NCBI GenBank assembly: GCA_013265495.1
Contig: MU057880.1
Location: 836,527 to 900,526 of the forward strand
Length of the DNA: 64,000 bases
Direction of reading: 5' to 3'
Source: Vicugna vicugna
Lineage: Eukaryota
Part shown: one piece after another, positions 12,604 to 25,270 of the stretch
Layout: each line of letters opens with the position of its first letter
How positions within the stretch are numbered: position 1 is the stretch's first letter
Program-made: the position numbers and the translations under genes
Notes under the pieces: model-generated
Seen by the model: the letters and a program-made list of their open reading frames with translations, nothing else
Told to the model about the DNA's origin: nothing
Databases searched by the model: none

Positions 12604-13171
12604 GCCCCCTTATATATGTTTGCAGAGGAGGAAAGAGAAGCACAAATCTCTCAGCCTTATCTAACGGGGCTCCTCTCTGGTTACAGCGCACACCGACCTC
12701 TTCTCACTCCCCGCAGACAGCAACCAACAGGCTTTCACATTCTTTACTCATGACTTGCGCCCAGCACCTCCACTTCGTAACCTGCTTTTTCTTGGGGTGC
12801 CAGGTCCACACGCCAACTGTGATTCCCCATGAGCTGAAAGTCTCACCCTGTACTGGTTTAACCACATAACTGCTTTGAGACCAGGAGCCCGGCAGGGTGA
12901 GGGCTGACGTGTGGTGCAAGTCCCGAGACCGTGAAATTGACAGAGCGCCGTAGACCTGTGGCCCCTGGTGACTTCCCTGGCTTTGCTGTTCCAGCTACAC
13001 AACATAGTAGGCAAAACTCTACATGGCTCCTCCCCATCCCCCCAAAAAACCCTGATATATCCTGGATCAAGCAGCATCCTTCTGCCAGTCAGCACTGATG
13101 AAACACTTCCTCCCTTAGACCTAGTCAGTCAGTGTTCCTCGGGAACCCTAATTCCTGTCCTCTGCTGGCTT

Positions 13172-13186
13172 ACACCCACACACACA

Positions 13187-13218
<32 letters not shown>
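13172..13218 (+). repeat. (CA)n microsatellite
   Basis: Directly visible. Confidence 0.95.
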
Positions 13219-13221
<3 letters not shown>

Positions 13222-13664
13222 CATTAAAAATGCCACCAGCCCTCTCTCCTTCACACTCAAGGTAGGTCTGGCCTCTCCGTCTGCTCCTACAGAAGGCTCC
13301 CTTCCTTTTAGCGGGAAGCGCTATTTTCTTAGCATACACATCCCAGTATCCTTAGAGTTTGTGTAACAAAACTGGAAAATGCACATGTGTTAATTTGGTT
13401 CTGACTGCAAAGGAAGCAAAACAGGAGGGTTCACCCTAGCTGCAACATTTCTTCCTCATTCGCGCTGCGTTGTTCCCGATCGCCGCTGCCCGTGCGCGGT
13501 AGCTTCTACCGAGAGGGAAAAGCCAACATGTGGACCCAGCACTGGCGTTTGAACACTTTATCTCCTATTCCTGGAGCTGAACCGCCAGCAGCCGTCATCC
13601 CCGAGGAGAGCTGGCAGTACCTGACCTCGGCCCCAGGGCACTCCGGGCGGGAGGGGTGTGTTAC

Positions 13665-13793
13665 CTGGTACTTTGGGAGCTGCTCCTTGGCCGGCTGCGC
13701 GGACGCCCAGGGGGCACCGTGGGCAGAGAGGCTGCTGCCCCCGCCTCGCTGGCAGCACTTGGCCGACGCCTTCACCGGCACATCCTCCGCTCT
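13665..13793 (-). CDS. FNIP2: FNIP2 exon 3 (129 nt): RAEDVPVKASAKCCQRGGGSSLSAHGAPWASAQPAKEQLPKYQ
   Basis: Acceptor ccctcccttccag|, donor CAG|gtaaca, phase 0-0. EDVP.K.SAKCCQ and AKEQLPKYQ match FNIP2. Lies inside ORF 13506..13868(-). Confidence 0.96.
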
Positions 13794-15756
13794 CTGGAAG
13801 AGGGAGGGCAGGGTCAGCCACGCTAAGAGTACTGGTTCCGACACACGCATCACCAGGGCTTCCCACATTACAGCCTCCCGTCCTGCGGCGCCTGTGCTGC
13901 GCAGAAAACCAGAGTTTGGGTTTTTTCCTTTCTAACAAGGACAAAAACATGGTTTCTGAGAGTCTGAAACACTTGGAAGAGGCGAGCACTCAGGAAGGGG
14001 GACAGACAGAAGGTGGCGGGTTACGTATGCAGACTATTCTCTTCAAGTAACTCAAATATCGTCTGTTTTGATTCATATTTTAAAATCATCCGTGAGGTCT
14101 GCCCTCTGTGCTCATTTTAGAGAGTTTGCCACGTAGAGTCGTCATCTACAAAACCGACGAGGACAGAGCCCTTGCTTCAGAAGCAAACTTCTACCAAGCA
14201 GATGGAACTGAGAAAGCCCCCTATTAACCTGGAAAGACAGGCCCGTGTTCGGGACACAGCTCCGCCAGCAGTCCTTCAAAGGTGCAGGAAAGACAGTCAC
14301 AAGGTCGACTTGGGAAAGACGAAGCCAGAACGCTGCAGCAGGGGCCCCTGGATGCCCCAGCGAGTGCCGGCCACCTGGCCTTCAAAGGTCAGGGGTTGGA
14401 GGGACTGGCTATTCCACGCCCCCCACACGGGCTCACTGCTGACTTTTGTGACAGGGACACAAAGGTATAAAGGCGCACCTTTGCTAACGTCCCCACTTCT
14501 CCCACACCAGAATGGAGTCCTCCCCTCAGGAGCACCCTCGCCCTCTAGGGTAAGTTGCTTCTACTCTGATTTGCTTTTTCTTCACGCAGCTTTGCTCAGA
14601 AAAACATGAATGCAACCGCAGCTTATCTAATCTCCACCTGACAGTCACACGGGTGGTCGGATGCAAATGCCTGCAGTCATGTGCTTGCCAAGGGGTAGGG
14701 GTTGAACATGGGCAAAGCACGTGAGGAAGTGCCGTCCACAGCTGTCCCTGAACACATGACACACCCTCCTCACCCCCTGCAGACCCGCCTGCCTCTTAGC
14801 ACCACTTAAGCCAGGAGCGCAGCCCGCAGGGGCCTGGTGGGGCGGGCAGCCCACACCTGCCCCAGGCTACCAGGCTCCCAGCTGGGGACAACCTGCCAAG
14901 AGGTCCACGATTAGCAACCGCCCCTGGACAGTGAGCAGAGCCGAGACCGGATGCCTTCTGCAGCCCTGGGCAAGTCACAAACCTCCCCGGACCCAGCTGT
15001 CTTTTCGATTCCTGAGAACTTCCAGGGAAGCTTCAGTTCCAGACTCCAGGGTCATCGCTGCTCCGACAGAGTGAAGGTTCTGGTTCCCTCTGGAAACCGG
15101 TGAGAACTGTTTTCCCTCCACCTGTGCGTGGTCAACTACTGGGCAGGGCCTTCGGGTAAACAGGCAGTGCTGTGGGAAACCACGTCCTGCCCACCAAACT
15201 GACGGGCAAGTCCTGGCTCACCTCAGCTTTGAGACCAACCTGCCAGGAGGCCCTCCAGGTGAATCACCTACGAGGTTTCTCGTGCCTCCCCACCTCACCT
15301 AACAAGCCCGGTGACTACGGGAGTGATCAGCTACCTGGCCGGGCACCCATGCTAAAGCCCGCCCAGCCCGCCCAAGTGGCTGCCTCTAAGCAGACACTTC
15401 CTGCAGAAACGGTGCTTATCAGAGGCAGGAGGAGACCTCCGCTCCGAGGAGACGGAGACCGTGAGGCAGACCATTCCCTCCCGCAGCCGCACATTCTCCC
15501 ACTGCCGGGGTTCCATCAACACGGCAGCAGGTGACTGAATGTGAACAGAATGCACACAAGGGGCTTTTTTTTCATTCGGAGACTTCTGAACAACTGTTAG
15601 AAAGGCCACAACTGAGAAGTACTCTGGAGCATGTCCCTGAGACTCACACGGAGGACCAGACTCTGCTCCCACCTGGACATGTCACTCCACTTTTTCTGTT
15701 CTGGCTCCAAGGGATCAAGAGCTGCTCTGTCCTCACTCTACCCAGCTCCAGACCCC

Positions 15757-15946
15757 CCACACCCACACCACACTCACCACCACCTCCACCACCATCACAC
15801 CACAACCACCTCCACCACCGTCACCACCACAACCACCTCCACCATCATCATCACCTCCACCACCACCACCTCCACCATCATCACCACCGTCACCACCATC
15901 CCCTCCACCATCCCCTCCACCACCACCACCACCAGCTCCACCACCA
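15757..15946 (+). repeat. Compound trinucleotide repeat (ACC/TCC/ATC/GTC)n, about 190 nt
   Basis: Directly visible. It is the reverse-complement type of the 4298-4500 tract. Confidence 0.97.
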
Positions 15947-16491
15947 GCCCTCTCCTAAAAAGAGGAGATAAATAAAAGCTTCCTTGGTCAGACAGGCTGG
16001 AGGCACACTCCCTTTCGAAGACGACAGTGCATGTTGGCACACTGAAGCCCTGTAGCGAGGAGAGCTGTTTACTTGTTTAATCCAGTGCTGTGTAACACCT
16101 CTCACTATGAGAAATGCCAGACAGGATGACCTGTACCTTCCCTTCAGGCTAACATTCCATGAATTTTACAGTCCTCACTTTTCCCGTTACACACAGCACG
16201 TATTTGGCGCCAAAATCCTATTGGACTGTGACTCGCTGGCAAATTCACTTCTAGCAATACCTACTTACACTGCTTACATCTGTCACCATCACCTGCTCAG
16301 TCTCGGCTGTGTGTATTAGTGAGAACACAAACGTGGTGGGCGGGGTGGCGGCTCCGCCTGGGTTTCTTCTGAACCATTAATGGTGCTGCACGATACAGCC
16401 CAAAGAGAGGACGATGGATTAACACATGGCTGCTCAGCGAGGGCGCTCACGGCATGAACAAAAACGATGAAAGCAAACCCACATTTCATAC

Positions 16492-16618
16492 CTGAGCTGC
16501 TGCCTCTTCGATCTTTTGAACAGCTTTGGAATCGAACAAGACTTGCCTGCCCCTCCTTTCGCAGTCCTGGTAAACGATCAGGCGAATCTCATTCAGGTCG
16601 AACTCAGAACAGGACCAG
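16492..16618 (-). CDS. FNIP2: FNIP2 exon 2 (127 nt): [42 protein letters not shown], start of the longin/uDENN region
   Basis: Acceptor ctcttcttgttaatccatag| and donor CAG|gtatga. The translation matches the FNIP-family motif [18 protein letters not shown]. Not present in the ORF track. Confidence 0.97.
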
Positions 16619-18925
16619 CTATGGATTAACAAGAAGAGAAAGAGGTCATGTCAGCTGCAACACCTGGCAGGACCATGGAGAGAGACAGGGAGGAAGTCTC
16701 CTGGCCCGGTTGCCCGGGTGCCGGGAAAGCCACCGTGCACAGTGGGCACCATCCCTTCCGACTGGGGGCACACGGTCCTGGGTGTAGACCCCAAAGGACC
16801 ATCCAAATGCTCCCAGTGCCCATGACACAGGCTGGGAAGACTGCTCAAACAGCACATCCCTGGAGAGAAAGCGTCTCCTTCCAAAGCAACTCTGGGCAAA
16901 TACGGCGGGCAGGAGGGCAGAGGCATGTGGAAAGCTGAGCCTGGGGGGCCTGGGTTCCAAGAGAGGCCCACCCGAGGTCTGGAGTGCCCATGCCTCTGCA
17001 CAGTGGCAGGGAATCTGGAGCCCGCCAGGACGGCCCTCAGTCCTCCACTCCCAGCCACCTAGGCTCAGGCCAAACTGCGAGCAATTACATATCCTGAAAC
17101 TTAGCAGGTCCTGCCAGCGTGGCTCTGACACAGGAGTTTTGTGCACATCTGCACAGCTCACCATAAGCATCAGCACTAAAGGAGGCACAGCTTGCACCCG
17201 AGCAAACCAAAAGCCACCAGGACACAGCTGCTCTCCACCCAGCTTCGTATCAGAGTGGTAAGTGAAATCAGAACGTGACAGCTGAGACAGCCAATCATCT
17301 GAAGCGCACTGCTCTGGGCATCCTCGGTCACTAGCCTGCCGACCCGGCCGGCACAGATCTGAGAGTCGGTGATGTCCCGGTCACCGCGCTGGATGCTGGA
17401 AGTCTGGTCCCAGCTCTCAGGAGGACATGCTCTAGTGGGGACACTGGGCTAAGCACCAAGAATCCATGAATAACTACAGACTGTCCTAAGTGCAAAAAAG
17501 ACAGGATGTGATGAGACTCTCATGTTTTCAGACTGCAGGGGTGGGAGAGGGCAGGGAGGTCCCTAAGGATTTAAGGACATGGCATTTCCCACAGACTTGA
17601 AGAAGCAGAGGTTAAGGAGTGTGAGAATGAAGAGCACAACGGGAAGAGGGAGGATCAGGGTAAGAGAAGGAAGGACAGGCCCAGGAGAGAAAGTAAAAAC
17701 GGTGGAGAGAGGGAGTCGGCTGGAGGGGCAGGCGGACGGGCACCCCGGAGGGCAAAGAGAAGCCAAGGTCAACAGGTGGGTAAACCTGGGTCTACACTTT
17801 AAAAAAATTCAATCTGCTGCTCTGAGGAAGACACGGCTGGATAGATTAAGATGAGAAGCAGGAAGGACAAACAGAATTTATTGTGAGTCCAGGCCCTTTA
17901 ATTGAAGGCCAGAGTGACAGGCACAGCGGGGGAGGAAGGGGCAGGTGTGCCTGGGGCAGAGCTGACTCGGGTCAGTGTAGGCCCCACAGGTGGCCCCAAG
18001 ACAAAGGGTCCTGAGTGCTGAGAACACTGGAAGAGGAGGGACGACAGATGGACAGTTAGGTGACAGACAGACAGGCAGACAGACAAAGGCACACTTTAAA
18101 GTAAGAGACAGCTTAACAGAGTGAAGTCAGAGACGTGGATTCAAACCCCACTTCTCCCAGATTCCATTTCTTCACCAGCACAATGAGGGTCGTAACCCCC
18201 ACTTCACAAAGCTGCTGGAGGAATTACGTGAAACACATAAAACAGGGCTTCACACAGGTAAGGGCTCCAAAATGGTAATTCCTTAAAGTTTTTAGAATTG
18301 TTACTATTACCATTTTTTAAAAAAAATCTGGTCCCCAATCTCAAACTACACGTCGTTGGTCCTTCCCTTTTTCAGGCATTTTCAGGCGGTGGTGGTCACC
18401 ACAGAACACGCTCTTTTATGGGAGCAGATTTGTTTTCTCAAATCCTAGCACCAGAAAACACACGGCGCTGGCTGCACTGTCTTCCGCAACCTGTGCGCCG
18501 GGCCGTGCTGCCCGCACCCCTGCCTCCCAGTCTGGACACAACACTGTGAGTTTGTTTCAGAAGCGTTTTCCTCTTTCTTTCAGTCCAGACCGCCTGTGTT
18601 CCAGGCCAGGCTGCTCCACACCGCCCCACCCTGGCTGCGTGGATCTAAGGGCTGCCCTGAGCTTCTGGGGCCCGTTTCGGCCATCGTGGGCTGAGAGCCC
18701 GCCTGAGAATGGGGTCGTGGGGAGGGATGCAGAGGTGAGGGGGCAGCCAGCTGTTCCCGGGGAGCAGGGTTCCCACAGCGAGCTTCCCGTCACTTCCAAC
18801 CAAAAAAGCCCTGACGGCTGTGCCCCAAACCCCGACACTTTAGAACTACACCAGGTCATTAAAACACCCTCCGCAACGATGTAAACTGGGCGCACAGGCT
18901 GAAGCCATGAAGAGTGAAAAAACCT

Positions 18926-19035
18926 GGGGACGGACAGGTGCAGCTCAGGGGTAGAGCACATGCTTAGCATGCACGAGGTCCTGGGTTCAACCCCCAGCAC
19001 ACCCATTTTAAAAAGAAAGAAAGAAAAAGAGAAAA
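18926..19035 (+). mobile_element. tRNA-derived camelid-type SINE (Vic-like)
   Basis: A box cagctcaggggtagagc, body atgcttagcatgcacgaggtcct, B box gggttcaaccccc, A-rich tail. Confidence 0.88.
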
Positions 19036-19800
19036 ACATCAACAAAGATTTCATTGCTCTCTGTTTTCTTGTTGCCCAACAATTACATTTTGCCAAAACA
19101 GCACTGTAATTTACCAAGCAAGCTGCTCAGTCCTTACTTTTGAGGGGTGACCCTGACTCAGCTATCAATCGAACTGAGGCTAGCCTGTCTGGAAGAGCTA
19201 ACATTTAATAACGACATCTTACTAAATGTTTCATGTTATTTTCCAACTTAAAAAGCAGGAAGGTGAAAAGGTGAAAATAAAAGATATGAGAAGAGGAAAG
19301 GATGGATGTCAGACTGTCCACTTTGTGATCAAAATACCTTCCAAAGCAGTTTCTAAAATGTAAGGAAAACTCTGTTCTCCTTCTTGCATGTGAATCTGAA
19401 CACCCAGCTGTAATTCTGACACACTCCCCACGACTGGTAGGGGGATTACAGGCGAGCACCTTGGGACGGAAACACAGGAGATTAAACCAGTGCTCTGGGA
19501 GGGGCGGGCCTGGGAGCGCACTCAGCTCCGTCCCCCATGGGCTCCATCCCTGGGCCCGCGGGGAAGGTCATGGGAGGTATCTGTGCGTGTCTCCCGTTCT
19601 CCATCAGCTCTTTCCCCACGTCCCTGAGTTACCTGCAGCCACGGGCACGCATGCGCCCTTCACATTCACCTTCCCTTCAACACCCAAGCACTGGTCACCC
19701 TCGAGCTTCCCTGAGCACCTACCACGGCTCCTTTCTGCCTGACTCAGAGAGGGCGAAAAACTAGCCCTGGGCTTTTGCCTTAAAATATCTGACTAGTATT

Positions 19801-19906
19801 TTTTTTTCTTAATCGAAGTACAGGCAGTTACAATGTGTCCATTTCTGGTGTACAGCACAGTGCCCCAGTCATGCATATACATACGTATATTCATTTTCAT
19901 ATTCTT
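19801..19906 (-). mobile_element. Short L1 3' end with TSD
   Basis: Reverse complement of ...catgactggggcactgtgctgtacaccagaaa... plus poly-A. Flanks tctgactagtatt / tctggctagtatt. Confidence 0.88.
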
Positions 19907-20319
19907 TCTGGCTAGTATTTTAAAGACATTGATTCTAATCAGAAACGCCACATTTCTCTGCTTTTGTTGAAAGCAAAGTAAGACCGTTGTCCCTGGCACA
20001 GGGGGACACAGTATTTGTCAACTTTATGGTTACAGCTATATGACCTGAGGCACAAGAAAATAAGGTGACTGGTCTAACTTTTCCTACTGCAAAATTTAAA
20101 CGAAAGGACTCACATGGACCCTACCCAGTCTGAAAATTCCACGATGCTAAGATTTGCCTGGTCAGAGGTAAAACCAGGTCTTACTTCTAGAACTACTCAT
20201 TAAGAGTGGGAAGCGAGTGGCCAAAGTCTCAATTACGTATCTGAAAGGTGATAAGCAACGGTTCAGATGATTCTAAGCACAGAAAACAAACTGTCTCTAA
20301 AGTAGATAGACATAATCAT

Positions 20320-20652
20320 GTGTCGTGGTTGAAGTGTGCTCCCCCAGAAGATATAATCAGTTCCTAATTCCTGGCACCTCTGAGTATGACCTTGGTTGGA
20401 AACGGGGTCTCTGCAAGTGTGATCTGAGACCACACCAGGTTAGGACGGGTCCTAATCCAGTGACTGGTATATACACAGGAGGAGGGAAACCTGTCACAGA
20501 CCCAGAGGGGAGACGGCCATGTGATGACGGGGACGGAGCCTGGGGACGTGCCTCTACAAGCCCAGGAGAGCCCAGGGACACTGGCACTCGGGGGACACGA
20601 CAGGGAAGCAATGTGTGAGTCCCTCCTCTCAAGGAGCTGGAAGAGACAACCT
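20320..20652 (+). mobile_element. MLT1C/D-like MaLR LTR (partial)
   Basis: tgtcgtggttgaagtgtgctccccca...ttggaaacggggtctctgcaagtgtgat...cctaatccagtgactgg...gccatgtgatgacgg...tctacaagccca follows the recalled MLT1 layout. Confidence 0.75.
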
Positions 20653-22711
20653 GAAAACAAGAGGACAAGGCAGGAGAGGGGACAGAAACGTCCCCAGATG
20701 CAGGGGACTAACGAGGGGATGGAGGATTCGGGATTCGGATGGATGTGTGGTGCCTGGGGGGAGTCAAAGCAGACGGAGGCGGGGCAGACACAGAGTCGAG
20801 GGGTCCAAAGTCACCCACCGTCCTGGGGGGTGGGAGAGGCTCTACTGCAGGACAGCTGCACAGAAGAGGAGGCTGGCAAGTTTGGGGACCACGGATGGAG
20901 GACCTGGACCGCTGAGTCAAGGACTGTAAGTCTGCTCCACACGCAGCGGTGTACGTGCCAATCAAACTTTCAGAGAAAGAGCATGACGTGTCCTGACCTG
21001 TGTTTCAGGAGAGAACTAACGCTGGCGGAGGGAACCATTTTCGGGGCAAGCGGAGAGGCAGCCCTGACTGGGGAACCCAGGGTTTCCAGGAGTCCTGCCA
21101 GTAAGGGTGGTGATTTGCTGCAGGGCGACTGGCCACGTCCTCCAGGACCCGTGGTGCTGGAGTCCGATTCCTCTCAAGCGACAGCAGGGGTCAGGCTGGA
21201 AGGGGCTTGGGGGTGTCTGTGTTGAAACCTGGTCTATGAGGGAAGGACCCTTCAAGAATGCTTTGCCTCTTGCTCTCCCGCAAGGAAACAAAAATAGTCA
21301 AAATAGGTTCAAGGGAGGAGTTTCAGGCACCATCTTGTGATCTCCGAATGTGACAGGGAACTCCACACGGTCAGAGAAAAGGTCACACAAAGCCCACAAT
21401 AATGATCACAACAGACACCGGCGGGCACCGTCCACGCGCCCAGCATCCCAGGCACTGGGATGCAGCCGCGGACAAAGCGTGGCTCCTGCTCCCGTGATGA
21501 CCTCGCGGTGTTCGCATAACGTCCCCCCAGCTCCCGTAAACCCTCGTCTGGGCTCTTCTGCCGACTCCTACTGCCCCTCTTCTCACTCTCAAAACAAGCT
21601 CCTAAATACAAAGAGAAACCCTTCTCAGAACAGTGCGGGGGCCCTATGACTGTCTCCTGAAATGCAGGCATACAGGGTCGGGGGAGGGGAAACTACGCTC
21701 ACCCGGTCGGCACAAATATTCATTATTTCCTGCCCAGTAACACACTATTTAGGCAAGGAAAAGTTATGTAAATAGATGGTAGTAACATATTTGGAATTCT
21801 TCGTTTCTTTTTTGCCAGGTCAGGAGCTCAGGAAGCTGGCTAACAGGAAAAACGATTTGCAAATTAGCTGGCTTTTCGTCCTTCCCCTATTTCGTACTGA
21901 TACAGCTTCACAAAGTGCCCGGTTTTTTGGTTTGGAAGAGCTACAAAAAAAAAAAAATTCACCTCTGAATTGCTGTCCTGTGGTCAAGAGTATAGCAGAA
22001 AAAAAGTTCTGGAAGGTTCACGTTCTCACCAGCAGCTTTAATACGTAATGCTGACCTAAGGACAGAATTTTAAAATGATTCCAATTAAATGTCTCCCACT
22101 GTTACTTCCCCAGAAGAAATTGATATCGGATGTTGGCTGTAACTTTTTTCGTCTTTAAAAAGTAGGTGATACGTAGGTCTTTTTTGTTTTTGTAAAAGAA
22201 ACGTGTGGTGTGAAAGAATTGATCCTGACCGTCAGCAGCCTGGCTGGGAAGGAGCCCTGAGCCCCGAGCCCCGGGGACCATGCCTGCCCTCAGCGCCTGG
22301 CTGGACCCCGGTGCCGTGAAAGTCACCAGAAACAGAAGCCAACCAGAGCCAGCTCCTACCTCCAGGTGCTCACAATCTGGTAGGGAAGGTCAACACACAA
22401 ACCAGTCAGTGAACTGTCCCATCACTGCGGTAAACGTCTCTGTGAGGAAAGAGGTCAGTCTGCCCAGCTCAGGTGAGGGACTGGTCCAGGTCACAGACGA
22501 CGCAGCGCCTGGGACACGGTCAGCATCCTCCAGGGTGGACAGGGCTCCCGGCTCTGCCACTGCCATCCCAGGGAACTCGGGGACCCGTACCCTGGAGCTC
22601 AGCCCTCCCCAAGTGCATCTGCCTTACCGACCTCACAGGGCTGTTGGGAAGACAGAAAATCAGTAGGAAAGCACTTTGAAAACTGTACAGCCTAACTCAG
22701 AGAAGTCTAGA

Positions 22712-22975
22712 TACACAATTCTTTCACTGAGATCCTGGGCATTCAGACTGTTTTGATGTGGGAAAGAAGCTTATGCCACATATTACAGAACATCTCCTCC
22801 AGGAGCTGAGGTGTGATCAAACCCCCAAACCAAACAAATTAATATTTCACCAGCCCAAGTGATGGACATTTACGCTCAATGGATTATCAAGAGACTACAA
22901 ATAGCCTTACAACCGTTCAGGTCAGTTTCAAAAGGTTTTTCAGAATTTAGGATTTGGGGATCATAGGATGAGTTT
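22712..22975. mobile_element. MER46C-like Tigger-derived DNA element
   Basis: aaacaaattaatatttc...agagactacaaatagcctt...gttcaggtcag...ttttcagaattt resembles the recalled MER46C consensus. Confidence 0.55.
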
Positions 22976-25139
22976 GTTGCTCAGGGCGACACTTCCTGTG
23001 TCTGAGGGAAGGTCAGGGTCTCCCACGTGACCGCGAACGTGAGCGGTCCCAACACGCCGGCCGTGCGGGCTGCTGGTGCCTCGCGGCGGGGCTCTGCGCG
23101 CTGGGCCGGGGCTGTGCATGGCCGCGAGGTCACAAGCTGGAGCCACAGTGTTTATGTAACACGTCCACACAGCAACGACAGAACCCGATGGGTCGCGACA
23201 CGGCTGGGAGTTTGGGTGCCGCAAGCGGGGAACTGTGCCACACATGAGAGGGAAAGGCAAACTCCAGCCCCCTTCCTGGTTCGGGTGAAGTCTGTGCGGC
23301 ATCACGGCACCACCGGCCCGGGGCCACCGTGACGGCGACAGCCCAGCAGAGCGCCACGCTGGACGTCAGGACGCCCGGCTCCCAGGCAGGAGGCAGCGCC
23401 TGAGCCCAGTCACCCTCCAGCTCCCCGCTTTGTAAGGCCGGCTGCGGCCAGAATCATCCCTCAAGCTCATGTCCTTCCGACGCTGACACGCCGTAATCTC
23501 AAATGGTCAACTGCGTGGGCACAGTGTCCTTCACAACAGGGGACCTCAGCCAGGTCCTAGGAGGAGAGCGGCCTCCGTGAACCAACTCCGCCCCGCGTGG
23601 CGCCCCCACTCCCCGGAGGGACGTGGCACTGCGCTTAGCAGGCTTCTTAACACGAACACAGCTCCGATCAGTAGAACGTTCAGAAGACACTGCCGACATC
23701 TCAAGGGGAAACGGGCAAGTTCTCTCCAGGCAAGGGAGACCCCGAGCGGGTGGCTGTCCCAGGATCCTGCCCGAGGAGGGCTTCATAGGTTTTGCTGTCA
23801 TTATTACACCTTCTTCCCTTTCTCCCATCTAAAACCTTACAGAATCTCTAAGTATGGCTCGTAGTGGCTTGTGTTTTCCAAAATGGTTTGTTAATTCATC
23901 GAACAGCGTGACTAACTCTTTTCTGGTATCTAGAAACTGGAAACCACCTGTATATAAGCAGCCTTGCTGTCCATCCCCCTGCGTGCCTCAATCCCGTACT
24001 CCCTGAGCTGATTCTCTCACACTCTCGTCCGCATAACCACAGCAGTCAGCACGCATCGCTGCGCTCCAGGACCACTGGGCTGTGACTTCCAGCCCTGCTG
24101 AGAGCTAGCCTCCATCAGCACGGTGCCTTTCCCTGAAGGCAAGCTTCCCTCCTCCTCTCCACCCAGGGAAGCTGCCTGCTAATAATATGCGAGTGAGTGA
24201 CACTGCCTTATGTATTAATTAATTCTCAATCCATCTAACCTGTTCACAGATACAGAAATCACAGTTCTCCCTAGAGGTTTCCAGGGGTCAAAAGCGAGAT
24301 ATTCTCCACATGATCTTTTGTTTGCAAATGAGAAAGCCAAAAAACAGAAACCGTACACCTACCTTTGGTTATAAAATATTATTTTTAGAAGAGATGGGTA
24401 CAGGTGAGCAGGAGGCAGAGCTGGGCCGAGGGGCAGAGGTAGGGGCCAAAATAAGAGGGGGGAGGTACAAACACACAAACTCACATGCTCTTTGATTCCA
24501 CTTGCAGGAATTAATCCCACAGACCAACCTGCATGGTCCAAAATGATAACACACAAAAGGGATCCACTGAAGCAGCGTTTGGAACAGCAAAGGACTGGGA
24601 CAAACACCCACGGGGGTGGCTAAAAAAATCACAGCACGTCCATACTATGGAGCACTATACGGACAGGGCAGCGGACGAGGATGCTCCTTATGAGATTACA
24701 GAATAAGCTCCAGGACATCGTCTGCCCTGGAAAAAAAGTATAAAACAGCGTGTGCAGGACACTACCGTATGTATTTTTAAAAAAGGAAAAACGAGCGGGA
24801 AAACTCTGGATTTTGTTATACATCCATGAGTTACCTCTAGAAGGAGCTGTCATTGTAAGGGTGGTCCCATCTGGAGTGGAAAACACCTTTACATGTTTAT
24901 CTGCGAGGCAGCGCAGTGGGGAAGCGTGCAGACTCTGGGTTCCAGTCCTCGTCCGGCCCCTGCCTAGGACGTGGCCGGGCACGTTGCCCAGCCCACGTCC
25001 CTCAGCACCCTCCTCTGCAGAGCGGGGACAACGGGGGAGCCCTGCCACCGTGAGGACACGCAGAGCCTGCTGCAGCTGTGCACCAGCACTCCGTGCCTTC
25101 TGGACCTTAACCACATGACTGTCCTGGCTCTTGAAAAAT

Positions 25140-25270
25140 TAAAAATATATGAATATATGTATGTATGTGCCTGACTGAAACATGATGCTGTACACCAGAA
25201 ACTGACAGCATTGTAAGCTGACGATACTTCAATAAAGAAGACGCAAATTTTTAAAAAAAGAAAAAAATAA
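25140..25270 (+). mobile_element. Short L1 3' end
   Basis: tgactgaaacatgatgctgtacaccagaaactgacagcattgtaagctgacgatacttcaataaa followed by an A-rich tail. Confidence 0.85.

Noticed and set aside
20521..21225. 234-aa ORF
   Set aside because: Begins within the MLT1 LTR and runs through degenerate repeat-like sequence.
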